Positions 1-12,816 of a DNA stretch of 64,000 nucleotides are shown piece after piece. The stretch comes from a bacterium (GTDB taxonomy: Bacteria > RBG-13-61-14 > DATKZS01). The stretch is taken from positions 96,001-160,000 of the forward strand of contig CAXXFL010000003.1 of assembly GCA_963674965.2 (NCBI GenBank), in the 5' to 3' direction. Made by a program: the position numbers and the translations under genes. Numbering within the stretch: the stretch's first letter is position 1; the number at the start of each line of letters is the position of its first letter. The notes beneath the pieces were generated by a model. It ran no database searches. It had not been told where the DNA came from and saw only the letters and a program-made list of their open reading frames with translations.

Positions 1-1650
1 ATCCGGGTCGCCCTTTGCTATCCCAATTATTATGAGATGGCCATGGGCAACCTCGGCTTTCATCACGCCTACCACCTGTTCAACCTCGAGGAGGACGTGG
101 CGTGCGAGCGGGTCACCAAGAGTTATCTGGGCCGCGCGCCCGTCTCGATCGAGAGCGGACGGCCGCTTCGGGAGTTCGAGATCGTCGCCTTTTCCATGTC
201 CTACGAGTCGGACCTTCTCAACATGATCAGGATACTGAACGACGCGGGCCTACCCCTTGGCCAGGAGGAGCGAAACTCGAGCGGATGCCCCCTGGTTTTG
301 CTCGGGGGGGTGACGGCTTTTTTGAATCCCGAGCCGGCGGCCCCTTTCGTGGACTTGGCGGCCATCGGTGAGGCCGAGGTCATCGTCCCGCTTTTCCTGG
401 ATCGTTACCGGGAGCTTCGTGGAAGTCCCAAGCCCGATTTGATCCGGGAACTGGGCTCGGTGGAGGGTATATACGCTCCTTCCCTTTACGCTCTGGAATA
501 CGGGGAGGACCAGACGATTCTTTGCCGGCGGCCTCTTTCGGACTCGGCCCCGGAAAGGATAATGAGGGCGGTTTGTCAGGACCCCGAGGCCCCGCTCGCC
601 ATAACGCGGGTGTTCACCGGCCGGGCCGAGTTTTGCGACATGGCCCTGGTCGAGATTTCGAGGGGATGCGCCCGGGGCTGCCGCTTTTGCGCCGGTTCCT
701 TCGTTTACCGGCCGCCCCGGTATTTCGAGGAGGCGCGGATTCGGGAGGAATTGGGAAGGGGGTTTCGGGAGAGGGACAAGGCCGGCCTGATCGCGGCCAC
801 GGCGGCCGATCATCCGGGGTTCGACTCCCTGCGAAACTGGATCGGCTCGATGCATAAGACCCACTCGGTCTCGAGCCTCAGACTGGACGAGGTCACGCCC
901 GAGCTTCTGGAAGACATAAGGTCATGCGGCCACAAGACCGTGACCCTCGCCCCGGAGGCGGGAAGCGAAAGGCTCCGCCTGGCGGCCAACAAGCCCATAA
1001 CGGACGAGGAGATTCTGAGCGCCATGGAAATGGTCGGCGCCTCGGACATTCCCCGCCTTAAGCTTTACTTCCAGGTGGGACTACCCTTCGAGGAGGAGGA
1101 CGACGTCGAGGCGATCGTCCGGCTGATGGAAAAAATCAAGGCCGCCCTGGCCCGGGGATGGGGCAAACGAAACTGGGCCGCGGCCGTCAACGTCTCGATC
1201 AATCCCTTTGTCCCCAAGCCCTCGACTCCCTTCCAGTGGGTCCCCATGGCCGGGACCTCCTATTTGAAGAAGTCGCTCAAGTTCCTGCGCGAGTCCCTGG
1301 CCAAGCTGGGAGGCGTCAGCGTCTCGAGCATGTCCGCCAGGGAGGCCATGAACCAGGCCTTGATCGCCCGGGGCGACGGGAGACTGGCCGCGGCCCTGAT
1401 CAAGGCGGTCAAGACCGGCAAAGGCCCGTCGGCCGTGGTCAGGCGCGGGTTCGCTTATTCTCCCGACGCCTGGTGGTACGTGCATCGGGAAAGGGGCCGG
1501 GATGAAGTCCTCCCCTGGGACTTCATCGAACATGGAGTATCCAAGGATTACTTATGGGAAGAATACGTCAAGGCGGGGAAAGCCAAAACCACCCCGCCCT
1601 GCTCGCCCGGAAGGTGCTCGAGGTGCGAGGCCTGTAAAACTGAAAGATAG
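1..1650 (+). CDS. Radical SAM protein (TIGR03960-like), 5' end truncated by the window edge
   Basis: Frame is open from base 1 (IRVALCYPNYYEMAMGNLGF). CxxxCxxC motif RGCARGCRFC, TLAPEAGSERLR, FVPKPSTPFQW, and C-terminal LPWDFI plus a Cys cluster. Confidence 0.85.
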   Translation: MRVALCYPNYYEMAMGNLGFHHAYHLFNLEEDVACERVTKSYLGRAPVSIESGRPLREFEIVAFSMSYESDLLNMIRILNDAGLPLGQEERNSSGCPLVLLGGVTAFLNPEPAAPFVDLAAIGEAEVIVPLFLDRYRELRGSPKPDLIRELGSVEGIYAPSLYALEYGEDQTILCRRPLSDSAPERIMRAVCQDPEAPLAITRVFTGRAEFCDMALVEISRGCARGCRFCAGSFVYRPPRYFEEARIREELGRGFRERDKAGLIAATAADHPGFDSLRNWIGSMHKTHSVSSLRLDEVTPELLEDIRSCGHKTVTLAPEAGSERLRLAANKPITDEEILSAMEMVGASDIPRLKLYFQVGLPFEEEDDVEAIVRLMEKIKAALARGWGKRNWAAAVNVSINPFVPKPSTPFQWVPMAGTSYLKKSLKFLRESLAKLGGVSVSSMSAREAMNQALIARGDGRLAAALIKAVKTGKGPSAVVRRGFAYSPDAWWYVHRERGRDEVLPWDFIEHGVSKDYLWEEYVKAGKAKTTPPCSPGRCSRCEACKTER

Positions 1651-1665
1651 TCCGCCGGCCCCTCC

Positions 1666-2379
1666 TCATTTCGCTTTGGGTCTTAGGGCGCCTTCCATGA
1701 AGTCGGCCGCGTTCACGCCCGCCTCATCCTCGGCCCCCATATAGAAATGGTCCACCCCCTCGATAAAAACCAGGCGGCATACCGATCCCAGGTTGATGGA
1801 AAGGTCCTTGGCCGAGTTGACCGGACAGAACTGGTCGCGGGTCCCCGTCAGCAAAAGGGTCGGGGGAGGGGCCGCGTAAAAGGCGGCGTTCCAATCGCTC
1901 CTCTTCCATCCGCCGGCCGGCGTCATGGGACTGATTAAGGCCAGGGCCGCCGGGGCGGGGACCCTGGCCGCCGGGTCGTCCACCTCGAACCCGGCGAGGG
2001 ACGCTATCCTCGAGGCCGCCCGGACCGCCATAAGGCCGCCGAAGCTGTAGCCGGCCAGGCCGATCCTTGAGGGGTCCGTCTCGGGACGCGAGGCCAGATA
2101 GCCCAGCGCCCCGATCGCGTCCATGGTCTCGCCCCTCATCTCCGAGTACTCGCCCTCGCTCCCGCCCACGCCCCGGAAATTGAAACAGAGCGTGGATATG
2201 CCCCTGGCGAAGAGATGCGCCTCGAGGGCGTATACAACGTTGTTGTCCATGCTGCCCCCGAACTGGGGATGTGGATGGCAGATGACGGCGGCGGGTCCCG
2301 GCCCGCGGGTGGCGGCGCGGAACCGGCCCCTCAAAGAAAGGCCCTCGGAGAGGAACTGGACGGCCTCGGCTTTAGGCAT
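1666..2379 (-). CDS. Alpha/beta-fold hydrolase
   Basis: HPHPQFGGSMDN, FNFRGVGGSEG, nucleophile elbow GYSFG, catalytic D (RDQF) and H (DHFY). Confidence 0.9.
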   Translation of the reverse strand: MPKAEAVQFLSEGLSLRGRFRAATRGPGPAAVICHPHPQFGGSMDNNVVYALEAHLFARGISTLCFNFRGVGGSEGEYSEMRGETMDAIGALGYLASRPETDPSRIGLAGYSFGGLMAVRAASRIASLAGFEVDDPAARVPAPAALALISPMTPAGGWKRSDWNAAFYAAPPPTLLLTGTRDQFCPVNSAKDLSINLGSVCRLVFIEGVDHFYMGAEDEAGVNAADFMEGALRPKAK

Positions 2380-2400
2380 GATCGGTCTCCATATAATGGG

Positions 2401-3594
2401 TTATTCCGAGATATGCCCGGCGTACTCGGCCAGGGCAAACTTGGGCGACTTGTCCTCGAACAGTACCCGCCTTCCGGCTCTGGCCAGTCCCTCGGATATT
2501 TTTTTCAGGTCCCTGGGCGGGGCCTTGAGGTTGATGGCGGCCTGGGCGAAGGCCCCGTAGGCTGTTTCCCTGACCGTTCCGGTATGGCCCCATCCGTCCT
2601 TTCTGACCGGAAGGGCGTTCGAGTTGAAGAGCAGGTCCTGCTGGACCTGGGAGGAGCACATGGCGACGATGAAGTTCATGGCCTCCTCCTCGTTTTCCGA
2701 GGCGGCGGTGACGGCCAGGTAGGACCCCAGGAAGGCTTCTCCCTTGAAGTTGCCGGCGCCCTCAAGGATGGGCACGACGCGGTAGTATCCCGGGATGGTG
2801 TCGTCAAAGGTCAGGGGCACGAGTCCCTTGGGCCACTCGATGAAGACCTCGGGCAGGCTCGCGTAGTGGGTATGGACCTCGCCGCCCCGGATAATGGCCG
2901 ACTCGTCGGTCACGAGGGGACTGATCTGGGCCAGCCAGTTCATGGCGTCCAGCAGGCCGGGGTCCTCCGGGTCCTCGGGATCGCCCCCGAAGCAGAAGAC
3001 GACCGAGCAGACGAAGGCGTAAAACTCGCGGTCGTCCGCCGCCGGAATGGCCATCTGGGCCCGCTCGTGCTCGGCCACCTTGGCCAGGTAATCCAGGTTC
3101 TTGTACTTGAGAAAATAGTCCTGGCTGATAACCAGGGCCGGCCACGAGAGGCGCCAGGGAATGAAAAGGTTTTTGTCGCCGAACTTACCCGCCTCGAAGG
3201 GGCCGCCGTAAAAAAGCCCTATATCGAAGGACTTGGTGAAAAGAGGCTGAAGGTCGCGCACCGCGGGCGCGGCGTCCTCCAGGTCGAACAGGTCCACCTC
3301 GACCACGTCCACGTCGTCCAAAAGGGAGGGGTCCTCGATCAAGGCGTGTCTCAAATCCAGCGGGTCCTTGTACTCGATCTCTACCTTGGCGCCGCCGTAG
3401 TCCTCGAACTGGTCCGCGAAAATGCCAAGGGATATCTCTGCCTCGGGGTTCTCGACTAGCCAGACCAGGAGCGTGCCCGGGTCCTTGCGCCTCTGGCCGG
3501 TTATGAGCGGAGTGAACAGGACCACGAGAAAAACCAGGGCGATGACCGCGGCCACCGCCTGGAAAATCTGGATTCTGGCCCTCGAGTCGCTCAC
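2401..3594 (-). CDS. Membrane-anchored extracellular solute-binding protein (carbohydrate ABC SBP-like)
   Basis: N-terminal hydrophobic anchor and SBP-like segments (KVEIEY, FLGSYLAVTAASENEEEAMNFI, LPVRKD). The GTG start overlaps the upstream TGA. Confidence 0.65.
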   Translation of the reverse strand: MSDSRARIQIFQAVAAVIALVFLVVLFTPLITGQRRKDPGTLLVWLVENPEAEISLGIFADQFEDYGGAKVEIEYKDPLDLRHALIEDPSLLDDVDVVEVDLFDLEDAAPAVRDLQPLFTKSFDIGLFYGGPFEAGKFGDKNLFIPWRLSWPALVISQDYFLKYKNLDYLAKVAEHERAQMAIPAADDREFYAFVCSVVFCFGGDPEDPEDPGLLDAMNWLAQISPLVTDESAIIRGGEVHTHYASLPEVFIEWPKGLVPLTFDDTIPGYYRVVPILEGAGNFKGEAFLGSYLAVTAASENEEEAMNFIVAMCSSQVQQDLLFNSNALPVRKDGWGHTGTVRETAYGAFAQAAINLKAPPRDLKKISEGLARAGRRVLFEDKSPKFALAEYAGHISE

Positions 3595-4909
3595 TGTCCG
3601 TCAATATACCCCAGGGCCTCGAACTTGGCCCTGTCTTCCTCGGTCATGGCCCCGATCGAGCCCACGACGGTCTTGTCCTCCCACTCGGAGTACCAGTCGT
3701 CGAGCTTTTCCGACTCCTTGATAAACTCCTCGCCGCGAAGGTCCACCAGGTCCTTTTCCTCTCCGGGGTCGGCGGTGAGGTTGTATTTTTCCCAGCGCTG
3801 GAACCTGACGCTGAACATGATCTTGAGGTCCGCCTTTTTATATCCGACCCATATGGGCTTGGTCAGCATCTTTTCCGCTCCCTCCACCTGAGGCGCGGCG
3901 CCGGGATAGGTCTCGTAAAAAAGGACGTCCACCGGATAGGACGCCTCGCCCCTCAAGGCGGGCGAGAGGTCCCGGCCCAGCATCTTCGGGTCGGCGGCCG
4001 CGCCCGCGAAGGCCAGGGCCGTGGGAGTAAGGTCCAGAAGCTGCACCGGGCCGGGGTCCTCGCTCCCGCGGGAACGCCCGGTCCAGCCACGATGAGCGGC
4101 ACGCGCATGCTCGGCTGGTAAACCTTGCGCCCGTGGCCGGTATAGCCGTGCTCGCCCAGGCTCTCGCCGTGGTCCGAGGTGAAGATCACCAGGGTATTGG
4201 ACGCCAGTTTGGACTTGGCGAAGGCGTCCAGGAAGCGGCCGACGTGATGGTCAGTATAGCCGACCTCGCTGTCGTAGCGCTCGCTATCGGAAAGCTTGCC
4301 CCCGAAATCGAAGTCGTCGTGATACTGGTAGGGGGCGTGGGGGTCCGAGTAATGTATCCAGGCCAAAAAGGGCGGCTTGGGCCCTTTCTCGATCCACTCG
4401 AGAGCCAGGTCGGAAACGGTCTCGGCGTCGCGCTCGGCGTTGAAGAAAAGCCACCGTTTCTCGTGGAAGTCGTCGTCGAAGCTGTCCCACCCCTGTTGCA
4501 GGTTGGACAGGTGCCTTTTAAGGGGCCAGTTGGATATGACCGCGCTGGTCTCGAACCCCTTGGCCTTCAAGATGGTGGCGATGGTGGGAACGCCTTCAAC
4601 CATGGGAATGCCGTTCCTGATCGACCCAATCTGGTGCGGATACCTCGAGGTGAAAAGCGAGGAAAAGCTGGGGTTGGTCAAGGGCACGTTGGTCATGGCG
4701 TCCTCGAAGAGGGTCCCCTTTTTCGAGAAGGCGTCTATATTGGGAGACGTTTTCTTGTCATAGCCATAGCAGGAAAGGCGGTCGGCCCTCAGGGTGTCCA
4801 CCGTGACGAAGAGAATATTCATCGGCCCGGCCGCGTCGCTTTCGCCGCGCGTGCCGCCGATCAAGATCATGGCCAGGGACGCCATGGCCACCAAGACAAG
4901 TTTTTTCAT
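3591..4909 (-). pseudogene. Exported sulfatase-like (alkaline phosphatase superfamily) gene split by a 1-nt frameshift near 4048-4050; pseudogene or sequencing indel
   Basis: The 5' part has a signal peptide, VTVDTLRAD, WIHYSDPHAPY, TSDHGESLGEH and VPLIVAGP. The 3' part continues in another frame as VQLLDLTPT...YNLTADPGE...ALGY. One extra base in the GGG run restores TPAPVQLLD. Confidence 0.8.
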
Positions 4910-5108
4910 GGAAACCCCCCTATCCCAAATCGAGGGTAACACAGGGGCGGCATTAGCTCAACATTGAAAGGTCGGCAATTTTTCCGCTCATTGTTTCCAG
5001 GGGATCATGGCGCCGATTATTTTATCCATCCTGACCGGGCTTATCTCTACTAACCATCTGAAATTGCCGGTAAAACAATTTTAGCTTTAAATCTCCCGCA
5101 GGCCTTAC

Positions 5109-5122
5109 TGGCAATATTGCCA
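5109..5122. promoter_or_regulatory. Perfect 14-bp palindrome TGGCAATATTGCCA, candidate operator
   Basis: Seen directly in the AT-rich divergent intergenic region between the sulfatase-like gene and carB. Confidence 0.4.
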
Positions 5123-5204
5123 CATCGCCGCAAGTAGCCTGATATTCGCTTTTTTTCGCCCCGCGTCTTTAGCTCTAGCTCTCCTTATTTTTGGAAGTTT
5201 TCTC

Positions 5205-5235
5205 TTGTCAATCCGGCCTCGTTCTGGTATATATT
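5205..5235 (+). promoter_or_regulatory. Putative sigma70 promoter of carB
   Basis: TTGTCA (5205-5210), 17 bp spacer containing TG, then TATATATT (5228-5235). Confidence 0.5.
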
Positions 5236-5326
5236 CAAGTCCAACCTTACGGCAAAGGTTTGCCGCACCACCGCGAGCGCGGAAACATCGACATATTACG
5301 ATCCATTAAAATACGGAGGATTCACC

Positions 5327-8527
<3,201 letters not shown>

Positions 8528-8590
8528 TCGTTATTCGGTTGATCTTCCGCCTGGGTCGAAGGAGTTTGGGATTGGTCAGGAAGCCCCCGC

Positions 8591-10669
8591 TTATTTGATA
8601 TATCCCACGGCCCGGATTTTCTTCAAATCCTCGGGGGAGAGGTCTTCCTGATTGACTTGGAGCGCGAGTTTCGACCTGATGGCCTGGTTTTCCTTTTTAA
8701 AAGACTCGAAAATCTCGCGAGGTCCCTTCTCGCCCGGCCAGGGGCATTCTTCCTCGGAGAGGGGACGCCGCTCTTTCCCGTCTTCTTGCGCGTAACAGGT
8801 GAGACTTTGGTTCCGGTGGAAAATCACCTTATTGCCGGCCGAGTCCCCTATGGCGCCGCGCTCGCCTCCACATATGGTGTTTTCCGAAAGCCAGAAGCCG
8901 TTCTCTAAGGCGCCGTCTTCCGTTTTCCCGACCGCCAGGGGCAAAAGGCTCGGGCCGGGGAAAGCCGACTTGATCCTCGCGGCCTCGAGCATGGTGGCGC
9001 CCAGTCTGGCCGCGCCAACCTTCGCGGACACGCGATGGCCGGAAGTCTTGTTACCCGGAAGCTTAAGGACGAGAGGCACGTTAATGACCTCGGAGTGGAA
9101 AGAGTGTCCATGCCCGAAAGAACCGTGGTCCCAAAGCTCCTCGCCGTGGTCCGACGCCAGCGCGACAAGGCAATCCTTATAAATCCCCATGGCCTTCAGC
9201 TTGTCAAGCACTCTTCCCGCCTCGGCGTCCACGAAGCGGACCTCCCCCTCGTACATTTGCCTTACGTATTCCCTGTCCTCATCGGTGAAGTTACCCAAAT
9301 CGCAGGCTATGGAAAACTGCTCGTTCGACCCGGCCAGTTTTTTCGCCAGCTTACTTGCCTTCGCGTTGGCCGGGTATTCTTTATGCGGAAAGAACGGCAA
9401 GTGAGGATCAAGGTAATGGACCCAAAGAAAAAAGGGTCCCTCGGGTTTGCTGTCCATCCATTCGAGCGCGCCTTTGGTTACCCACGCCCCTTCTTTCATC
9501 GCCCCCATATCCAGCTTATAGAAAAAGTAATAAAAGGCCCTCGAAATTAGGAACTTGTTTTTTTTATGAATCGATCCTCCGATCAACTCGTAATAATCGA
9601 AACCTTTTCCATAACCCAGCTTGGGAGACAGGTGCCCGTTATGTACCACGGCGGCGGTAAGGTATCCCTTTTCCTTGAATACCGAGGCCAGGGTCGCGGC
9701 GTCGGGCGGGGGGCCGGAGTAGGCGAAGCTCCCGTCCGGCCTCAGTTCTCCCGCGCCGATGGCCGAGGGAGGAAGGCCGGTAAGGAGAGATGAAACCGAG
9801 GGCGAGGTCCAGGACGCGGGCGCGACGGCGCCGGTGAAATAAATCCCGTCCTTTATCAGGGCGTCCATATGGGGCGTGGGCGGGGCCTTGGCGTTGCCGG
9901 CCGAAAGATAATCGGCCCTTAAAGTGTCAACCGTTATAAGCACCACCGAAGGCAGGTCGGGCGAAGCCGAGCCCGGCTCGTTAAAAGCCCGGCGCTCGAG
10001 GTAATACAAAGAGCCGGAAATAATCGGCACAAAAGCCACCACGGCCACGTGCCCGCGCAGCTTCCATTTGTCCAGAGGTTTTCGCCTCCGTCCCCAAAGG
10101 AACCTGATGGTAAGGTATTGGCCCGCCACCAGCAGAAATAAAATGGCCAGCACGGCCGTCGCCATGAGGGGCCTTGAGCTTATCCTGGCGTCGGCCACCG
10201 AGTAGGCCCCGGCGCAAACCACGGCCATGGGGGTGATGGCCTTGTAGCTGAGATCGGACAGGTTCGCGTCTCCTCTTTTGGCGTAAGTCCAAAGGAACCT
10301 TCCCAGTCCGGCCATGAGGACGGCCAGCAAGATAAGGCTCAGGACCAGCGTCCAGAAGGGCCCGTTCTGGAAGGCGAAGGGCTTAAGCCAGAGGGCGATG
10401 ATCAGGTACAGGAGAAAAAGGGCCGAGAAAAGTGAAGTAAAGGTGGGAGCGGAGTCGGCCCATTGCCTGAAATACCTGAGCGCTCCGGCCAGAATGATAC
10501 TGTAAAGCAGGGCCAGTCCGTATCCGACGGCCGCGGCCAGGGCGAACTCGGCTTCCTTGAATTCCACCCCCGCCAGGTAAAAGCCCAGGGCCTCGATGGC
10601 GGTTAAAGACGCGACGATGGCCAGCGTCTTGCGAAGCTGGGGAAGGAAAAGACCGACGAAGGTTTTCAT
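8591..10669 (-). CDS. Multi-TM membrane protein with a C-terminal sulfatase-like domain
   Basis: About 7 hydrophobic segments in the first 225 aa, then LITVDTLRAD, WTSPS, WVHYLDPHLP, SDHGEELWDH and a terminal AVGY. Confidence 0.85.
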   Translation of the reverse strand: MKTFVGLFLPQLRKTLAIVASLTAIEALGFYLAGVEFKEAEFALAAAVGYGLALLYSIILAGALRYFRQWADSAPTFTSLFSALFLLYLIIALWLKPFAFQNGPFWTLVLSLILLAVLMAGLGRFLWTYAKRGDANLSDLSYKAITPMAVVCAGAYSVADARISSRPLMATAVLAILFLLVAGQYLTIRFLWGRRRKPLDKWKLRGHVAVVAFVPIISGSLYYLERRAFNEPGSASPDLPSVVLITVDTLRADYLSAGNAKAPPTPHMDALIKDGIYFTGAVAPASWTSPSVSSLLTGLPPSAIGAGELRPDGSFAYSGPPPDAATLASVFKEKGYLTAAVVHNGHLSPKLGYGKGFDYYELIGGSIHKKNKFLISRAFYYFFYKLDMGAMKEGAWVTKGALEWMDSKPEGPFFLWVHYLDPHLPFFPHKEYPANAKASKLAKKLAGSNEQFSIACDLGNFTDEDREYVRQMYEGEVRFVDAEAGRVLDKLKAMGIYKDCLVALASDHGEELWDHGSFGHGHSFHSEVINVPLVLKLPGNKTSGHRVSAKVGAARLGATMLEAARIKSAFPGPSLLPLAVGKTEDGALENGFWLSENTICGGERGAIGDSAGNKVIFHRNQSLTCYAQEDGKERRPLSEEECPWPGEKGPREIFESFKKENQAIRSKLALQVNQEDLSPEDLKKIRAVGYIK

Positions 10670-10684
10670 GGACGGGGGACCCGG

Positions 10685-11533
10685 CTAGGCCAGAGACACC
10701 ACCATTCCCTCTCTGGCGGCCTCGAGGTTTTTCATTTTCTTTTTGTTGGCGGCCAGCAGTCCGTCAATGTCGGAGTCCGTCATCATGGGGTCGTGATGGA
10801 AAATGTACAGGGCGCCGACCTTGAGGTCCTTCGCCGCCTTGATGGCCTCGGACCAGGTCGAGTGTCCCCAGCCGACCTTCGAGCCGCCCCCCACCTTGCC
10901 GTCGTAAATTTCGTCGGTATAGGCCGCGTCGTAGATGAGCACGTCCGTCCCTTGAATGAGGTTGGCGAGTTTTTTCGGCATGCTTTGCTGATGCTCGTTG
11001 TCCGAGCAGTAGACGATGGACTTGCCCAGGAACTCGGTCCTGTAGGCGATGGCCGACTGGGGATGGTTGAGAGATGCCGTTTTAACGCGGACGTCTCCCT
11101 TTTGGATCACGTCCCCGGGCGCGATGGTATGATATTTTATTTTCGATCCCAGCGCCTCGATTCCGACCGGGAAATAGGGATACTTCATCTGGCCCGAGAG
11201 AACGGACTTGACCTTTTTAGGTCCCCTTGCCTCGCCGTAAATCTCGAAGGAATTGCGCGGGTCGTACAATATTCCGCAAAAGGGCATGCCGCAGATATGG
11301 TCGTAATGGTAATGGGAAAACAGTATGTTGGCCGAAAGCGGCGCCTCGGCGAAAAGGGCCCCTCCCATTGGGCGGGCCCCCGAGCCGAGGTCGATTATAA
11401 AAATTTGATCGTCGCACCTTATCTCGACGCAGGAGGTGTTCCCTCCATATTTGACCCATTGTTTTCCGGGGGTAGCCAAACTTCCTCTTACGCCCCAAAA
11501 TCGAATCCAGAACCTAGAATTGCGCGTTGTCAT
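10685..11533 (-). CDS. MBL-fold metallo-hydrolase (RNase Z/phosphodiesterase-like)
   Basis: WGVRGS, YGGNTSCVE, HxHxDH motif SHYHYDH, GWGHS, FHHDP. Confidence 0.9.
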   Translation of the reverse strand: MTTRNSRFWIRFWGVRGSLATPGKQWVKYGGNTSCVEIRCDDQIFIIDLGSGARPMGGALFAEAPLSANILFSHYHYDHICGMPFCGILYDPRNSFEIYGEARGPKKVKSVLSGQMKYPYFPVGIEALGSKIKYHTIAPGDVIQKGDVRVKTASLNHPQSAIAYRTEFLGKSIVYCSDNEHQQSMPKKLANLIQGTDVLIYDAAYTDEIYDGKVGGGSKVGWGHSTWSEAIKAAKDLKVGALYIFHHDPMMTDSDIDGLLAANKKKMKNLEAAREGMVVSLA

Positions 11534-11592
11534 TTCATCTCCCCCGTTCGAGCGGTCCGCGTTGAGGATTCCACAAGGGCTTCTCAGCGGGA

Positions 11593-12000
11593 TTATTTAA
11601 GGAAATTGGTTACCAGCCGTTTGGTGCCCACCCTCTGGAACGAGACCACGATTACGTCCTTGCCTCCCTTGGAGACGCTTTTGTCCACGATTTGACCGGT
11701 GTCGTCCCAGCCGGCGTGATATATCCATTCGCCTCGGACGAACCGCTCGCCCAGGCGGTAATGACGCACGACCTTTCTGGGCGTGGTCTCGGGCTGATGT
11801 CCGCCATCCTCGGCGGGGCCGCCGGCTTCGGAGGGGTCGGCGGCGTCTTCCGGGGAGCGAGAGCCTATCTCGATGGGTTTTATTTCCTTGCATTGAGGGC
11901 ACTGGACCCATATAAGCTTGGATTTTCCGTCGTCCTCTTGAACCACGGGCATTTTAAGCTCCACCTTGCAAATGGAGCAATGTTCCCGGACGAATTTCAT
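11593..12000 (-). CDS. Hypothetical protein: zinc ribbon plus a C-terminal Tudor/SH3-like domain
   Basis: CSICK...CPQCK, acidic Pro-rich linker, C-terminal FVRGEWIYHAGWDDTGQIV...VVSFQRVGTKRL. Confidence 0.65.
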   Translation of the reverse strand: MKFVREHCSICKVELKMPVVQEDDGKSKLIWVQCPQCKEIKPIEIGSRSPEDAADPSEAGGPAEDGGHQPETTPRKVVRHYRLGERFVRGEWIYHAGWDDTGQIVDKSVSKGGKDVIVVSFQRVGTKRLVTNFLK

Positions 12001-12087
12001 CTTTTGCCGCCGTTTATCACGGGTTAGCCTTTTTCGGCGTGAGACGGGTTGCGAATTTCAAGACCCTCGAAAAAATCAAAACGGGCC

Positions 12088-12339
12088 TTACTCGTCGAGA
12101 ATCTCGAGTATGTAGCGCTTGCCGTCCTTGCCGGAAGCGGCCATCATCAGGGTCCTGATCGCCTGCGCGTGGGCGCCTTTTTTGCCGATTACCTTGCCGA
12201 TGTCCTCCTTGGCGACGCGGAGTTCTATCACGCATGAATAATCGCCGCTGACCTCGGTAACTTTTACTTGTTCGGGATGATCGACCAACTTCTTCGCGAT
12301 CAACTCAACCAGTCCAGCCATGGACTCGCCATCGCTCAT
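12088..12339 (-). CDS. khpA: KH-domain RNA-binding protein KhpA
   Basis: [18 protein letters not shown]...[17 protein letters not shown]...AIRTL...LEILD. Start placed at ATG 12339 behind a G-rich RBS. Confidence 0.9.
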   Translation of the reverse strand: MSDGESMAGLVELIAKKLVDHPEQVKVTEVSGDYSCVIELRVAKEDIGKVIGKKGAHAQAIRTLMMAASGKDGKRYILEILDE

Positions 12340-12407
12340 AACGCACCCCCCAGCTTCATCATTGATTTGTAAACTCACATAGCGCAACGATTTGTCGTCA
12401 TTGTAAA

Positions 12408-12436
12408 ATTCTATACCAATTGATTTGGCAATGCAA
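12408..12436 (-). promoter_or_regulatory. Putative sigma70 promoter of khpA
   Basis: Minus strand TTGCAT, 17 bp, TAGAAT. Confidence 0.55.
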
Positions 12437-12816
12437 CCCCCCGGTTAACACAATTTTAATCTTCCCCGTTCATGGCCCCGCCGGAATGAAAAAACGGACA
12501 TTCACGTTTGCAAAAGGGCCTTATGTTTTCGCAAAGATCGGCAAAGTCCGGCGAGTCGGACGAAAAGGGGGCAGCGCGTGAAAAAATCCTCAGTTACTTA
12601 AAGGTTTATTGGAACAAAGAAATCGAACCGGCAATCCTAATACTCACGCGTCGCGTAGGTTTGATCGGCGGTGAATTGGCGGATAAAATTCATATCTCTT
12701 CCCCCCGCGTCCGCCGTTTGGGGTAAAGTCGCCGGGACAATGGCCGCGATGATCGAGACCGGTTTTTATTTCGGGGGAATGAAGGGTTAAAATATCTCTT
12801 TCCCAAGGGCCGACTC

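Noticed and set aside
4944..5020. GGCGGCATTAGCTCA resembling a tRNA 5' end
   Set aside because: No T-loop (GTTCRA) and no cloverleaf can be built.
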